Shown here piece after piece: positions 41,157-51,530 of a stretch of 64,000 nucleotides of DNA. Positions within the stretch are counted from its first letter, which is position 1. Each line of letters opens with the position of its first letter. The stretch is taken from the NCBI GenBank assembly GCA_965601925.1, contig OZ271854.1, positions 160,001-224,000 on the forward strand, in the 5' to 3' direction. The notes below the pieces were generated by a model, which saw only the letters and a program-made list of their open reading frames with translations, made no database searches and had not been told where the DNA came from. A program made the translations under genes and the position numbers. Origin of the DNA: Alkalispirochaeta sp. Lineage in GTDB: Bacteria; Spirochaetota; Spirochaetia; DSM-27196; Alkalispirochaetaceae.

Positions 41157-42173
41157 TCAATCTCCCGTATCGGTTCGATCGGCATATAACGATTGTAATA
41201 ACCGGGCGCGGCGTACATCCACAACGCTCCCGTCGTCGTCACACAATACCGCGACTTGACTGTCGTGGCTGACGAACATCAGCTCCGTGACGACATTCAG
41301 CCGAACGCTCTCCATTAGACCCGTTCCGACGGCCAGTCGTAACAGGCTCAACATCTCACTCGTTTCACTCCATGAGAGGCGCCGGGCGTGCAATAATGTA
41401 CCCAGCGCCCGGTACGCCGCTTCCGACAACGCATCACCGTGGCGTCGTACGAGCTCGTCTCGAGCTTCCCGCTCATAATGTACTAACCGCTCACCGTACT
41501 CTGCAAGCACGGCCAGGGTCTCTTCTTCGCGCTCGCCGAACTCCGATCGGCACGATACACGATAGAGGCCGCCGAGGCGTTGCATATGCACGCGCTCGGA
41601 GGTCCCGCCCCGTACCGCCTCGATACCCTCACTTTGCTCCAGAGCCGACATGTGAAGAAGCATGGAGGCGCTGAGTCCGGCGCCGACGCGCCGTATCTCG
41701 GGCGAAAGATAGCCTAGCTGCAGCGATACCGCGTACTCCAAGTTGCTCTCCAAAAAGCCGTCCAACTCATCGCACCGCGCCCTCGCGTCGGCGACACCGG
41801 CTCCACCTCCGTAGGAGACGATGCACAAATGATCCGTGCCGCGCAGCCGCACGAAGAGCCGTCCATCCTCGTGGATGACCGCCGGCCCGCTCGATCCGTT
41901 CCGTCCCAAGTATCCGCGGTATCGATAGCAGTCGAGAAGACGCGGCGAAAGCTGTTCGGGATCGACAAACCGAAAGGGATGCTCCAGGTGGTGAAAGGAT
42001 TCCTCTACACAACGACGGAGCGTGACCTCGTCATCGTCGGTCATGCGATGCGGGAAGGGGATGGTACTGAGGTTACGGGCTAAATCCACCTCGGAGAAGA
42101 CGACGACGTCGTTCTCCGGACCGTCCAAGGGAAACCATATACCCGCACCGGGGGCGATGGAGTGACTCAACAT
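41157..42173 (-). CDS. mcsB: McsB-like ATP:guanido phosphotransferase (degenerate active site)
   Basis: LARNL...PFP, DH, GYL, L.AS.LLH..AL, RA.G.L..AR, RRA; located between mcsA and clpC. Confidence 0.75.
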   Translation of the reverse strand: MLSHSIAPGAGIWFPLDGPENDVVVFSEVDLARNLSTIPFPHRMTDDDEVTLRRCVEESFHHLEHPFRFVDPEQLSPRLLDCYRYRGYLGRNGSSGPAVIHEDGRLFVRLRGTDHLCIVSYGGGAGVADARARCDELDGFLESNLEYAVSLQLGYLSPEIRRVGAGLSASMLLHMSALEQSEGIEAVRGGTSERVHMQRLGGLYRVSCRSEFGEREEETLAVLAEYGERLVHYEREARDELVRRHGDALSEAAYRALGTLLHARRLSWSETSEMLSLLRLAVGTGLMESVRLNVVTELMFVSHDSQVAVLCDDDGSVVDVRRARLLQSLYADRTDTGD

Positions 42174-42176
42174 AGC

Positions 42177-42701
42177 TCAATCGGTGTGGCCGGTGCGCTC
42201 ATCGTCCCGGAGAGCGCCGTTGTCCCACACGTCGGTCTCGGTAATAGTGCGGATGCGATCTCGAATGTGCGCCGCCGTCTCGAAGTCTTCGTTTTCCACC
42301 GCGACGTTAAGGCGATGTAACAGCTCTTCGCGCTCCACGAACAGGCGGCGATAACGAATCAATCGTCGTGGTATGCGCCCCGCATGGGTGGTCTCTTTGC
42401 TCGAGAGCCGTAAAAGACGGCCGATCGACGATGAGAAGGTCTCGAAACACTCGGCGCACCCGACAGTATGACGCAACACCAACTCGCGGTGCGTCGTTCC
42501 GCAGCGAGGGCACGCGTCGGTACTCGCTTGGCCCGCGTCCTGCCATGCGAGGACGCCGTCCATGAGGTAGGCGATGGTTGCCGGCGACGATCCCTCCGTA
42601 CCGATCCCCAACTCCCGGGCGCGCTCCACCGGTATCTCCAGTTCTTGGCGCTTTCCGCCGATCATGCGGACAATTCGAAGTGTATCTACCTTACGTCCCA
42701 T
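42177..42701 (-). CDS. mcsA: McsA-like UvrB/UvrC-motif protein
   Basis: CPRCG...GCAECF, H.GRIP, AVENEDFETAA.IRD. Confidence 0.85.
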   Translation of the reverse strand: MGRKVDTLRIVRMIGGKRQELEIPVERARELGIGTEGSSPATIAYLMDGVLAWQDAGQASTDACPRCGTTHRELVLRHTVGCAECFETFSSSIGRLLRLSSKETTHAGRIPRRLIRYRRLFVEREELLHRLNVAVENEDFETAAHIRDRIRTITETDVWDNGALRDDERTGHTD

Positions 42702-42736
42702 CGTTGTTTAGCATAATGTACCACGCGCAGGTTACG

Positions 42737-44092
42737 CTACCAAGCGCTCTGGCGACGAAGGATCCGATCCGGCGGCACCTTCGCGGCGCGGGTCGCCGGT
42801 AGAAGCGCAGCGAAGAGTGAAAGCACGAGAACGAGCAACACCGCTCCGGCGGCCGGCACGAACCGGAGATCCACCGGTATCTGTTGAAGATAGAAGTCGG
42901 GATTGAGTATTTGCACGTTGCGACCGGCGAAGAAGGTGATGGCCGTCTCGACGCCGCGCAGTAGCGCATTGATATTGAGCGCCGCGGCGATGCCCACCGC
43001 CGCACCGATGAGGGCGCCGATAAAACCGATGAGAAGCCCCGCCACGAGAAAAACCGCCGCGATCGTTCGCCTTCCGATGCCGGTGGCGCGGAGAATCGCG
43101 ATATCCTGTTCCTTCTCGATAACCAACAGGACCAATGCCGAGGATATGTTGACCGCCGCGACCACGACGATCATTGCCATGACGAACGTGAGCAGATTGC
43201 GACTCGTCAGGAACGATACATAGCGTCCTTGCTCGGCCGAGTACCAGTCGTACACTCGCCATTCCGCGCGGAGTGCCGAGGCGACTGCGGCGGCGGTTCG
43301 GATCATCTCCACACGCTCCCCTCGCCGCGCGACACCCTGCAATCCGCGACCGAACAGCGGATTCGGAAGCGAATGCGGGTGCTCGACTTTTACGCCGATG
43401 ATATCCTGCGCGCCGTCGCTCGGCACGATCGCGAGACCCCGATCGAGGGGTACGAAAATCCATAGGCGATCGAGATCGCGATAGCCGGTCGAGGCGATCC
43501 CCGTAACGGTGAATCGACTCACACGAGCCTGTACCCTGCCGTCCTCGAAGGATCGCGTGGTCAAGAGTCGCACTTCGTCTCCCACGGTCGCCTCCAGAGT
43601 GTCGGCAACCTCCGAACCCAGGACGATGTGGTGCTCCTCGGACAGCAGAAACTCGCCGGCGCGCAGCTCTACGAGCTCTCGTACTCGCTCGTCGCCGGAC
43701 CACCAGTCGCGAGGGACCGAACGGATCGTGACACCGCTGCGTCCCGACGCGGAGTAGACCAGTCCGAAACCGCGTCGTTCACGAACCGCCTCGACGACGC
43801 CCGGAATCGTCCTAATCTCCTCTAAGACGGCCTCGGACTCCGCGTCGTCAGGCGGGATGCGGGCGATCGCCTCAAGATGGTAGCTCCCCGTCTCGATGAA
43901 GCGATCGGTAATGCCGGCGATCATACCCTCGGCCACCTGCTGGACCACAACCAACGGGATAACGCTGAGGGAGACCCCGACCACCGCTGCAATGAGTCGA
44001 CTCCTACCGCGCCGCGAACGACGGTCTTCGGGGCGTATCGGGGGACCTGCAAGGATGCGCCGCGCGAGAAATACTACACCGGGTTCAGGCAT
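42737..44092 (-). CDS. LolC/E-like (FtsX family) ABC permease
   Basis: N-terminal TM, periplasmic domain, IVVVAAVNI, EK..DIAILRA.G, PA.RAA. Confidence 0.88.
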   Translation of the reverse strand: MPEPGVVFLARRILAGPPIRPEDRRSRRGRSRLIAAVVGVSLSVIPLVVVQQVAEGMIAGITDRFIETGSYHLEAIARIPPDDAESEAVLEEIRTIPGVVEAVRERRGFGLVYSASGRSGVTIRSVPRDWWSGDERVRELVELRAGEFLLSEEHHIVLGSEVADTLEATVGDEVRLLTTRSFEDGRVQARVSRFTVTGIASTGYRDLDRLWIFVPLDRGLAIVPSDGAQDIIGVKVEHPHSLPNPLFGRGLQGVARRGERVEMIRTAAAVASALRAEWRVYDWYSAEQGRYVSFLTSRNLLTFVMAMIVVVAAVNISSALVLLVIEKEQDIAILRATGIGRRTIAAVFLVAGLLIGFIGALIGAAVGIAAALNINALLRGVETAITFFAGRNVQILNPDFYLQQIPVDLRFVPAAGAVLLVLVLSLFAALLPATRAAKVPPDRILRRQSAW

Positions 44093-44781
44093 CCGGCCTC
44101 CAGCTGCAGAACGTCGCCTACCCGCCGCGCAAGTTCTCGGTTATGGGTTACCAATATCAACGTTCGACCCCGTTCTTCCACCAGAGACAGGAGAATCTCC
44201 TCGACCACGCGCGAGTTCTTATCGTCGAGGTTACCCGTCGGTTCGTCGGCGAGCAAAAGGTGGGGGCGGTTTATGAGCGATCGCGCGAGTGCGGCGCGCT
44301 GCCGCTCGCCGCCGGAGAGTTGCGCCGGTAGGTGATTGAGTCGATCGCCCAAGCCCACCGAGATTAACAGTTCGGCCGCCTCCTCGCGTACCTCTCGGCG
44401 CGATCGATTACCGATCATGGCCGGAAGCATGACGTTTTCGATCGCCGAAAAATCGCGCAGAAGGTAGTGAAACTGAAATACCAGCCCCACGGTAGTCGAT
44501 CGATATCGCGTCAGCCCATCCTCGTCCAGCTCGTGTATCGTCTCCGAGCCGACTTCGATCGACCCGCCGTCGGGTGTATCGAGACCGGCGATGAGGCTCA
44601 ACAGCGTACTCTTGCCGCTTCCGCTCTCTCCGATAATGGCGACCTTTTCACCCGCCTTACGTGAGAACGTCGCATTGGACAGCACCTCGAGTCGCTGTCC
44701 GCCGTTGGGAAACAGCTTTCGCAATCCCGCAACCGAGATCGATACTCCGCCCGGCTCGTCGTGTAACGCACTACTCTCCAC
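44074..44781 (-). CDS. lolD: LolD-like ABC ATP-binding protein
   Basis: GESGSGKS, FQFHYLL, LSGGERQR, DEPTGNLD, VTHN; start probably GTG 44781. Confidence 0.88.
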   Translation of the reverse strand: MESSALHDEPGGVSISVAGLRKLFPNGGQRLEVLSNATFSRKAGEKVAIIGESGSGKSTLLSLIAGLDTPDGGSIEVGSETIHELDEDGLTRYRSTTVGLVFQFHYLLRDFSAIENVMLPAMIGNRSRREVREEAAELLISVGLGDRLNHLPAQLSGGERQRAALARSLINRPHLLLADEPTGNLDDKNSRVVEEILLSLVEERGRTLILVTHNRELARRVGDVLQLEAGCLNPV

Positions 44782-46024
44782 GTAATAACTCCATAGGAAC
44801 ATGATGCAGAACCGATCTCCCCGCCAGACGTGCAGCGGCGACCGACACGCCGATCGCGCCGGCGCCGACGAGCACAACCTCGCTACCGAGAATACGCACG
44901 GGAATCTCCTCGATGTAAAAGTACGTTGGAGAGAACACCCGCACGCCGTAATCACCCAGAAAGAGGGTGAGCGCCTCGAGGGATGCGAATATCGCATTTA
45001 CGTTTATCGCGAGGACGAGACCGATTACCACGCCGGCGAGCGTCCCGCCCACACCGATGAGCCATCCCTCCAGCGCAAATACTCGGCGCAGATTGTCGGG
45101 CCCCGCACCCAGGGCTCGGAGAATCGCGATCTCTTCGCTCCGTTCCAGGATGCTACGCCGCAAGAGTTGATAGATGTTACCGGCCACAACGACGAATATG
45201 AGGGCGATGAGAAAGGTCATCATCGCCTTCTCTACGCGCAGTGCGCCGAAGATGCCGCGGTTAAACTCCCGCCAGCTCTCGATACGCCACGTTTCGGGTA
45301 TGATCGGCTCGACCACCTCAACGGCGCGTCGATCATGAAAACGATTCTCCAGTTTCATGCCCACCACGATCGTATCGCGAGCCGCCAGCGTTTCTACCGC
45401 ACCGGCGATGGAGACGAACCCCCAATTACGATCGAAATCGAGGTACCCGGTTCGGAAGAGACCGCTAACGACCAACTCCTCCTCGGCCGGACGATTTCCT
45501 CCGGCGGGAATGTGCGTGACCGCCACGTGGTCCCCGACCCGTACTCCCAATACGCGCGCAAGCTCGATGCCGAGGACGATACCGGCAGGACTCGAAAGGT
45601 CGAACGCGCCCGATACGACTTCGACTTGATCGGCGGCGCTCGGATCGAGGACAAACCAATTCTCGGGTACGACGCGGATAACGATGCCCTGCGGCTCGGG
45701 CCAGAACCCGCGCGCCATCGTTTGGAACTCCGCGGTCGGCAGTGCGGCCTCCACTCCCGGTACCGCGGAGAGTTCCGCGATACGGTCGGAGATCCGTTCC
45801 GCGTCGGATAACGCAACGCCGGAGTCGATGCGGAGGTGAAACGAGTTAACCTCCAAGATGCTCTCGATCTGCCCGAGCTGGAATCCGTTCATCACCCCCA
45901 GAACGACGATAAGGGTCGCCACGCCGGCGGCTATTCCGAGGACCGCGAGCCGACCGGCGCCGCCGGCTGAAACGCGTGCCGAACGCAGGAACCGTCGCGC
46001 GACGAAGACAATCCACGGACTCAT
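44771..46024 (-). CDS. LolC/E-like ABC permease
   Basis: GVA.LIVVLGVMNGFQ, SWRE.N, ALR.EK.MM, EIAILRALGA. Confidence 0.9.
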   Translation of the reverse strand: MSPWIVFVARRFLRSARVSAGGAGRLAVLGIAAGVATLIVVLGVMNGFQLGQIESILEVNSFHLRIDSGVALSDAERISDRIAELSAVPGVEAALPTAEFQTMARGFWPEPQGIVIRVVPENWFVLDPSAADQVEVVSGAFDLSSPAGIVLGIELARVLGVRVGDHVAVTHIPAGGNRPAEEELVVSGLFRTGYLDFDRNWGFVSIAGAVETLAARDTIVVGMKLENRFHDRRAVEVVEPIIPETWRIESWREFNRGIFGALRVEKAMMTFLIALIFVVVAGNIYQLLRRSILERSEEIAILRALGAGPDNLRRVFALEGWLIGVGGTLAGVVIGLVLAINVNAIFASLEALTLFLGDYGVRVFSPTYFYIEEIPVRILGSEVVLVGAGAIGVSVAAARLAGRSVLHHVPMELLRGE

Positions 46025-46968
46025 GGCTCCTCCACGCGGATAAGACGCCCATCTGAGAAGATCTCTCTCTGTGTCAACGTCTCGTCCATGAACGTCTCGC
46101 GAAGCAGTAATTGCCCGTCGCGATATCGAGAAACCACTCGCGCATCACCATTCACCGTCTCCTCCACGACGAGAATATCGTCCTCCCACACCGTTCGCAC
46201 ATACTCCTCATCGCCGTCCCACTCCCAAACCTCTCGTACCCGGCGGTTGCGCGTCCGCTCGATTCGCTCGACGGTGCGACCCGCCGAATCGTAGCGCAAC
46301 TGTGCCGAAAACACCAAGCGCCCGTCGCGCAGCCGTTCTTCGAGTACGACGCGTCCATCGCGATAGCTCAACCGTTCCAGCTCGGCGCCGCGCATAGTGC
46401 GTCGCTCCCGCAGACGTCCGTCGTCGGCGTACTCGTACCACGTCTCTTCGATCGAGCCGTCGGGTTGCTCGAGACGCGAATAGGTCGGAAGAGCCGATTG
46501 ATTGTGTTGGAGCTGCAAAAGCAGTCCGTCACCCTCGATGCTCTCCGATCCCCGATTCCCCGGGGGCGCGAATCGTGCGGTAAGACATCCCTCATCGACG
46601 GCGCAGTGAATCATGGATCGCAAGGTACCATCGGGTCGATATCGAAACGTCTCTTCCAGCACCGCCGCATCCTCGTGGTCGAATCGCGTGCGCTCATACA
46701 ATAGATCGTCATATCCGTACACCAACGTCTCGCGGCCGTAGACGACGCCGTCGCGATAGAGCGTCGCGCGATACTCCCGCCCCGATGCGCCGTCGGTACG
46801 TTCCTCCATTAGAGACCATTCGGTTGGAAGCGGCCCGCCGTCCGCCAACTCATCGAGGCGCATAAACTCGCGATTGGAACGATACCAGCGAGGTCCATTT
46901 TGAGCGTACACGGAGGCGAACACCGTTCCGAGAAGGATCGTCGCCCAGATCGCGCGACGGGCGTTCAC
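46021..46968 (-). CDS. Secreted protein with short beta-hairpin (MORN/YD-like) repeats
   Basis: Signal peptide VYA-Q; repeated Y..DG.L..E units. Confidence 0.65.
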   Translation of the reverse strand: MNARRAIWATILLGTVFASVYAQNGPRWYRSNREFMRLDELADGGPLPTEWSLMEERTDGASGREYRATLYRDGVVYGRETLVYGYDDLLYERTRFDHEDAAVLEETFRYRPDGTLRSMIHCAVDEGCLTARFAPPGNRGSESIEGDGLLLQLQHNQSALPTYSRLEQPDGSIEETWYEYADDGRLRERRTMRGAELERLSYRDGRVVLEERLRDGRLVFSAQLRYDSAGRTVERIERTRNRRVREVWEWDGDEEYVRTVWEDDILVVEETVNGDARVVSRYRDGQLLLRETFMDETLTQREIFSDGRLIRVEEP

Positions 46969-47834
46969 GGCGCAATAAGCTCCTCGACGTAGGTCGCGGG
47001 ATCGAATCGCAGAAGATCGTCGTACCCTTCGCCGGTACCGAGCCAGATACAGCCCAACCCAAACTGACGCGCCAGGGGAACCAGAATACCGCCTCTGGCG
47101 GTAGAGTCGTATTTCGATAGAACCAGACCGTCGACGCCGACCGTCTCGTGGAACAGCTCCGCTTGTCGGAGCGCGTTTTGCCCCGTCGTTCCGTCGACGA
47201 CCAGAAGCTTTCGGTACACGACGCGCTCCGTCGCCCGCTTGCGGATAATCCCGTCAATTTTGCCGAGCTCTTGTACAAGATCGGTGCGGTTGTGCATGCG
47301 GCCGGCGGTGTCGGCCAAAAGCACCCGTTCGCCCTTCGCCTCGGCGCTGTCGATGGCGTCCCAGATAACCGCGCCCGCGTCGGAGCCGGCGCCCTGCTTT
47401 ACGATACGTACTCCCAACCGCTGGGCGTGAAGCGAGAGCTGCTCCACGGCGGCGGCGCGAAACGTGTCGCCGGCAGCCAACACGATACCCGCGTCGGGCC
47501 ACTCACGTTGGTAGACTCGAGCGATTTTTGCCAGATTGGTCGTCTTGCCCACGCCGTTGACGCCCAACACGAGAACGATGTTGAGGCGGTCGCGATCGAG
47601 GGAGAGGTCGGTCGGTTTGAGCTCCGCGAGGAGCGTCTCCCGCAACGCGGAGAGGAGATCCTCACGCGATTTGACGCGAGTCTGCGACCGCAACCTATCG
47701 GACAGTTCCATCACGAACTGCGCTCCCAAATCGGCTTCGATCAAAAGATCTTCCAACTCCTCGTAAAACTCGTCGCTGGTGGTACTGAAAGAGAAGAGGT
47801 CTCGCAGACGCTCTCCGAGTTTCTTTTTCCTCAT
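46965..47834 (-). CDS. ftsY: Signal recognition particle receptor FtsY
   Basis: GVNGVGKTT, DTFRAAA, DTAGR, DGTTGQN, GTGE. Confidence 0.96.
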   Translation of the reverse strand: MRKKKLGERLRDLFSFSTTSDEFYEELEDLLIEADLGAQFVMELSDRLRSQTRVKSREDLLSALRETLLAELKPTDLSLDRDRLNIVLVLGVNGVGKTTNLAKIARVYQREWPDAGIVLAAGDTFRAAAVEQLSLHAQRLGVRIVKQGAGSDAGAVIWDAIDSAEAKGERVLLADTAGRMHNRTDLVQELGKIDGIIRKRATERVVYRKLLVVDGTTGQNALRQAELFHETVGVDGLVLSKYDSTARGGILVPLARQFGLGCIWLGTGEGYDDLLRFDPATYVEELIAP

Positions 47835-47878
47835 GCTGTCCTACGTGAACGAATCATAATCCGGCGACATTGCCGGTA

Positions 47879-49387
47879 TCACCGCGTGTGATATCCTTGC
47901 GCGGTCTGAACATAATCGACCAAGCGCCATATCATATTGGCAAAGAGCCCCGCGCTCAAGCCGATACCGACGTAGTACCCGTAAAACAGCGCATCGACCT
48001 GCGGTTGCAGGCGATCTTGTTCGTCCTGGGAGAGATCGGATCGGGCGACGCCTCCGGGATAGAGACCGGTATAGTTCTGGTACACGCCGTTGATCAGAAT
48101 CGGCACACCTACAGATACGACGAAGGCTCCGAAAGAGCGATAGAATCGATCGCGTGAGCGCTCAACCGATTCGGCCCAGTCGTCGTCGGCGGCGATGAGC
48201 ACTCGCTCGATACGACTCGGGCTGTCGGGACCGACGACGACGCGGCTGTCGTAGTATCCCTCCCGAGCGATCGTATAGCTCGTCTCTTCGGTGGGACGCG
48301 GGACGGGCAGCGGCGTGAATCCCTGCCAAAACGCTCCACGGTACACGAGAGCACCGGCGGGCTCGGAGGCTAAAAAGACGGTTTCCGGCTCCTCGTCGGC
48401 GATGGTGACGATCAACGATGTGCGGTCGTCGGGACCGATCTCAACGGCGCGCGCTACCTCGCGTCCGTCCGGTAGACGCGCGGTGAATGTATAGGCTCCC
48501 TCGGGGAGATACGGTTCGACGACGCGACCCACACCGAGGAACCGGCCGTCCATGAACAGGCGCGCCTCGTCCAATGCGTTTCCCTCCGCATCCGCCGCGC
48601 GAAGGTTGACCACGGCGAGAGGGCGACCGGCGAGCTCGGCCACGAGTGTACGTTCGTATGCCTCGAGTTGGTCGGCGATATCGGCCGGTGAGGCGATAAT
48701 CCGCAATACTTCCCGGTCACGTTCCAGAACCGGAAGCCACGAACGGACGGTAAACACGTAGTCCGCACCGAGCTCCTCGACGGTAAGATAGAGAAAGAGT
48801 CGGTTCTCATCGGATTGCAACGTTTCGCCCTCGGCGGTCGGCAGGACCCGTCGAAACTCATACTCACCTTCGAGAAGCCGCACCGGTACGCGATCGGGAA
48901 CGGAGACGTCGTCGACACCCACGGTTGCCAGACGAGCACGCTCTTCGTGGAGAGAACTGAGTTCGGTATCCTCGATCGGGCCGTCGGCGAGTCCCGATTC
49001 GAGGCGATTTCGCTCGATTGAAAGGCGACGAGCCTCGATCGCCGCCATAAGACGCTCTTCTTCTCGGCGGAGACGCTGTTCCGCCAAGGCTCGCCGTTCG
49101 GCGGAGTCGAGATAGCGCCACGGTAGCCCGGTGGCCATATCGCGTAGCACCTGGACGTAGGAGCCCAGTACGATACGGTCTTCCTCCGGGATATCCGGCG
49201 TAACGACCGTCGTCAGCACGACGGTATACTCCGCCTCCGACAGAGAGAGGCGTGCGATGAGTGCGGCGCGTAGCTCGGCCTCTGCGTCGAGCTCGGCCGA
49301 ACCGCCGGCAAACAGCATCGGCGTTATTGCAAAGGTTAGCGCCGCGGTGAGGATCGGAAGATCAGCTAGAGACCTGGCCCGCTTCAT
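47879..49387 (-). CDS. PEGA domain membrane protein
   Basis: Signal-like N-terminus; SEPAGALVY...GFTPL PEGA motif; two C-terminal TMs. Confidence 0.75.
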   Translation of the reverse strand: MKRARSLADLPILTAALTFAITPMLFAGGSAELDAEAELRAALIARLSLSEAEYTVVLTTVVTPDIPEEDRIVLGSYVQVLRDMATGLPWRYLDSAERRALAEQRLRREEERLMAAIEARRLSIERNRLESGLADGPIEDTELSSLHEERARLATVGVDDVSVPDRVPVRLLEGEYEFRRVLPTAEGETLQSDENRLFLYLTVEELGADYVFTVRSWLPVLERDREVLRIIASPADIADQLEAYERTLVAELAGRPLAVVNLRAADAEGNALDEARLFMDGRFLGVGRVVEPYLPEGAYTFTARLPDGREVARAVEIGPDDRTSLIVTIADEEPETVFLASEPAGALVYRGAFWQGFTPLPVPRPTEETSYTIAREGYYDSRVVVGPDSPSRIERVLIAADDDWAESVERSRDRFYRSFGAFVVSVGVPILINGVYQNYTGLYPGGVARSDLSQDEQDRLQPQVDALFYGYYVGIGLSAGLFANMIWRLVDYVQTAQGYHTR

Positions 49388-50469
49388 ACTTGAGATACGC
49401 CTCGATGAAGGGATCGAGCTCGCCGTCCATCACCGCCTGAACGTTGCCCGTCTCTACCGACGTCCTGAGATCCTTTACCATCGTATACGGTTGAAAGACG
49501 TATGACCTGATCTGGTTTCCCCAGGATATATCCTTCTTTTCGATGGCCCGCGACGCTTGCTCCGCCTCGCGCTGGTGTCGATAGTACTCGTACAATCGCG
49601 ATTTGAGCACCTTCATGGCGGTCGCGCGGTTTTTGTGTTGGCTGCGCTCGTTCTGGCATTGGACGACGATACCGGTCGGCAGGTGAGTCATCCGTACCGC
49701 CGAATCGGTCTTGTTGACGTGCTGGCCTCCGGCTCCGCTCGCTCGATAGGTGTCGACGCGAATCTCGTCGGCCTTGATCTCGACCTCGATATCGTCCTCT
49801 ACGACCGGAGATACGTACACCGAGGCGAAGGATGTGTGGCGGCGACCGCTCGAATCGAAAGGACTGATTCGCACGAGGCGATGAATGCCCGCCTCGGCCT
49901 TGAGGTACCCGAAGACGTAGGCGCCGGTTACCTCTACGGTTACCGACTTGATGCCCCCTTCCGCCTCTTGGAGATCGATCACGTCCCGCTTATAGTCGTG
50001 TACGTCGATCCAACGGCTATACATGCGATACAGCATGCTGACCCAATCGCACGCCTCGGTACCACCGGCGCCGGAATGAATCGTGAGAAAGGCGTTGGCT
50101 CCGTCCGCGGCATCGTGGAGGAGCCGCTTGAGTTGTAGTTTTTCAAAACGCATCCGGGCGTCTTCGATCGCCGAGCGGATATCACTCTCCTGCGACTCGT
50201 CGCCCTCCTCCTGAGCCAACTCCAGAAGCGCCTCGGCGTCGTCGACATCGGCGATCAATCGCTCCCACGGTTCGATCGTATCGCGAAGGCGCTTGATTTC
50301 GGTCATCGTCGCCTCGGCGGCTTCCCGATCGTTCCAGAAGCCCGGGTCGGCGGTTGCGGCCTCTTTGTCCGCTATCTGAACTCTGACCTCATCGGGGTCA
50401 AAGATACCTCCAAGTCGAATGTACGTCTTCTTTCAGCTGCTTGAGCGGCGCAGCAAGTTCCTGAAGCAT
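49362..50469 (-). CDS. prfB: Peptide chain release factor 2 (programmed +1 frameshift, about 368 aa)
   Basis: 23-codon ORF MLQELAAPLKQLKEDVHSTWRYL, then CTT TGA C, continuing DPDEVRVQ... in the +1 frame; SPF and GGQ motifs. Confidence 0.96.
50397..50411 (-). other. prfB autoregulatory +1 frameshift site
   Basis: GGAGG-TAT-CTT-TGA-C: internal SD three nucleotides before the CTT TGA C shift site. Confidence 0.93.
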
Positions 50470-50530
50470 CGCTATTACTCCTCATCGTTTGAGTATTATC
50501 GTGGACTGTAGCACGCCGGTCCCCCAACTG

Positions 50531-51448
50531 TCACGAGAGCCCGGACAACGAGCCGGCGATGCGGGCGGCCAGACGGGCGTTATTCTTCACCAGCGCGATA
50601 TTGGCCTCTAACGATTCGCCGTCGGTAAGCTCTACGATACGCGCCAAGAGGTAGGGGGTAACCTCCTTGCCGCGAATTCCCTCCCCGTCGGCCTCACGGA
50701 TCGAACGTTCGATAATCGCCTCGATCGCCCCGCGATCCATCGACTCGTTCTCCGGAATGGGATTGGCCACCAGCGCCCCTCCGGCACCCGGCAACGCCCA
50801 GTGGGCGGCGAGGGTCCGGGCGATCTCATCCGGCTCGTCGAGTCGCAACGGCGCTCCCAGGCCGCTCTGGCGAGAATAGAAGGCGGGGAACTCGTCGGAT
50901 CGAAATGTGATCACCGGAACACCCAACGTCTCGAGATACTCCAGCGTCCGGCCGATATCGAGGATCGATTTGACACCCGCGGAGACGACGGCGACGGACG
51001 TCTTCTCGAACTCCGGGAGGTCCGCCGACACGTCCATGGAACTCTGCCAGCCACGGTGTACTCCGCCGGTGCCGCCGGTCGCAAAGAGACGAATACCCGC
51101 AAGCGCGGCGCCTATCATCGTCGCGGCGACGGTGGTGGCGGCGATACGACCCGTCGCCAGGGCGAACCCGAGATCGCGTCGACTCGCCTTCAAGACGTCG
51201 TTGCTCGTTCCCAATAGTGCTATTTGGTCGTCGGTAAGCCCTACGGTAAACGCACCGTTCATCACTGCGATCGTCGCCGGTACTGCGCCGGCGCTCCGCA
51301 CCGTCTCCTCGACCGCACGCGCGGTCTCGACGTTGCGCGGATAGGGCATCCCGTGGGAGATGATGGTCGACTCCAACGCGACGACCGGCCGCCGTTCGGC
51401 GACTGCCGACCGTACCTCTTCGTGAACCCGAACGTACTTAGTTTGCAT
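50531..51448 (-). CDS. psuG: Pseudouridine-5'-phosphate glycosidase
   Basis: VALESTIISHGMPYP, ATTVA.TM, GGVHRG, DVSADL, KSILD, GKEVTPYLL. Confidence 0.96.
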   Translation of the reverse strand: MQTKYVRVHEEVRSAVAERRPVVALESTIISHGMPYPRNVETARAVEETVRSAGAVPATIAVMNGAFTVGLTDDQIALLGTSNDVLKASRRDLGFALATGRIAATTVAATMIGAALAGIRLFATGGTGGVHRGWQSSMDVSADLPEFEKTSVAVVSAGVKSILDIGRTLEYLETLGVPVITFRSDEFPAFYSRQSGLGAPLRLDEPDEIARTLAAHWALPGAGGALVANPIPENESMDRGAIEAIIERSIREADGEGIRGKEVTPYLLARIVELTDGESLEANIALVKNNARLAARIAGSLSGLS

Positions 51449-51530
51449 TACCCTTTCCCTTCTCGTATCACCACCGACGATCGCCGCCGATACGCACCGT
51501 CACCGTCGTCGCACTGCCGCTGCCGACGCG

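Noticed and set aside
46021..46968. Rhs toxin or toxin-antitoxin component
   Set aside because: Short, has a signal peptide, no Rhs core or cleavage motif, no immunity gene
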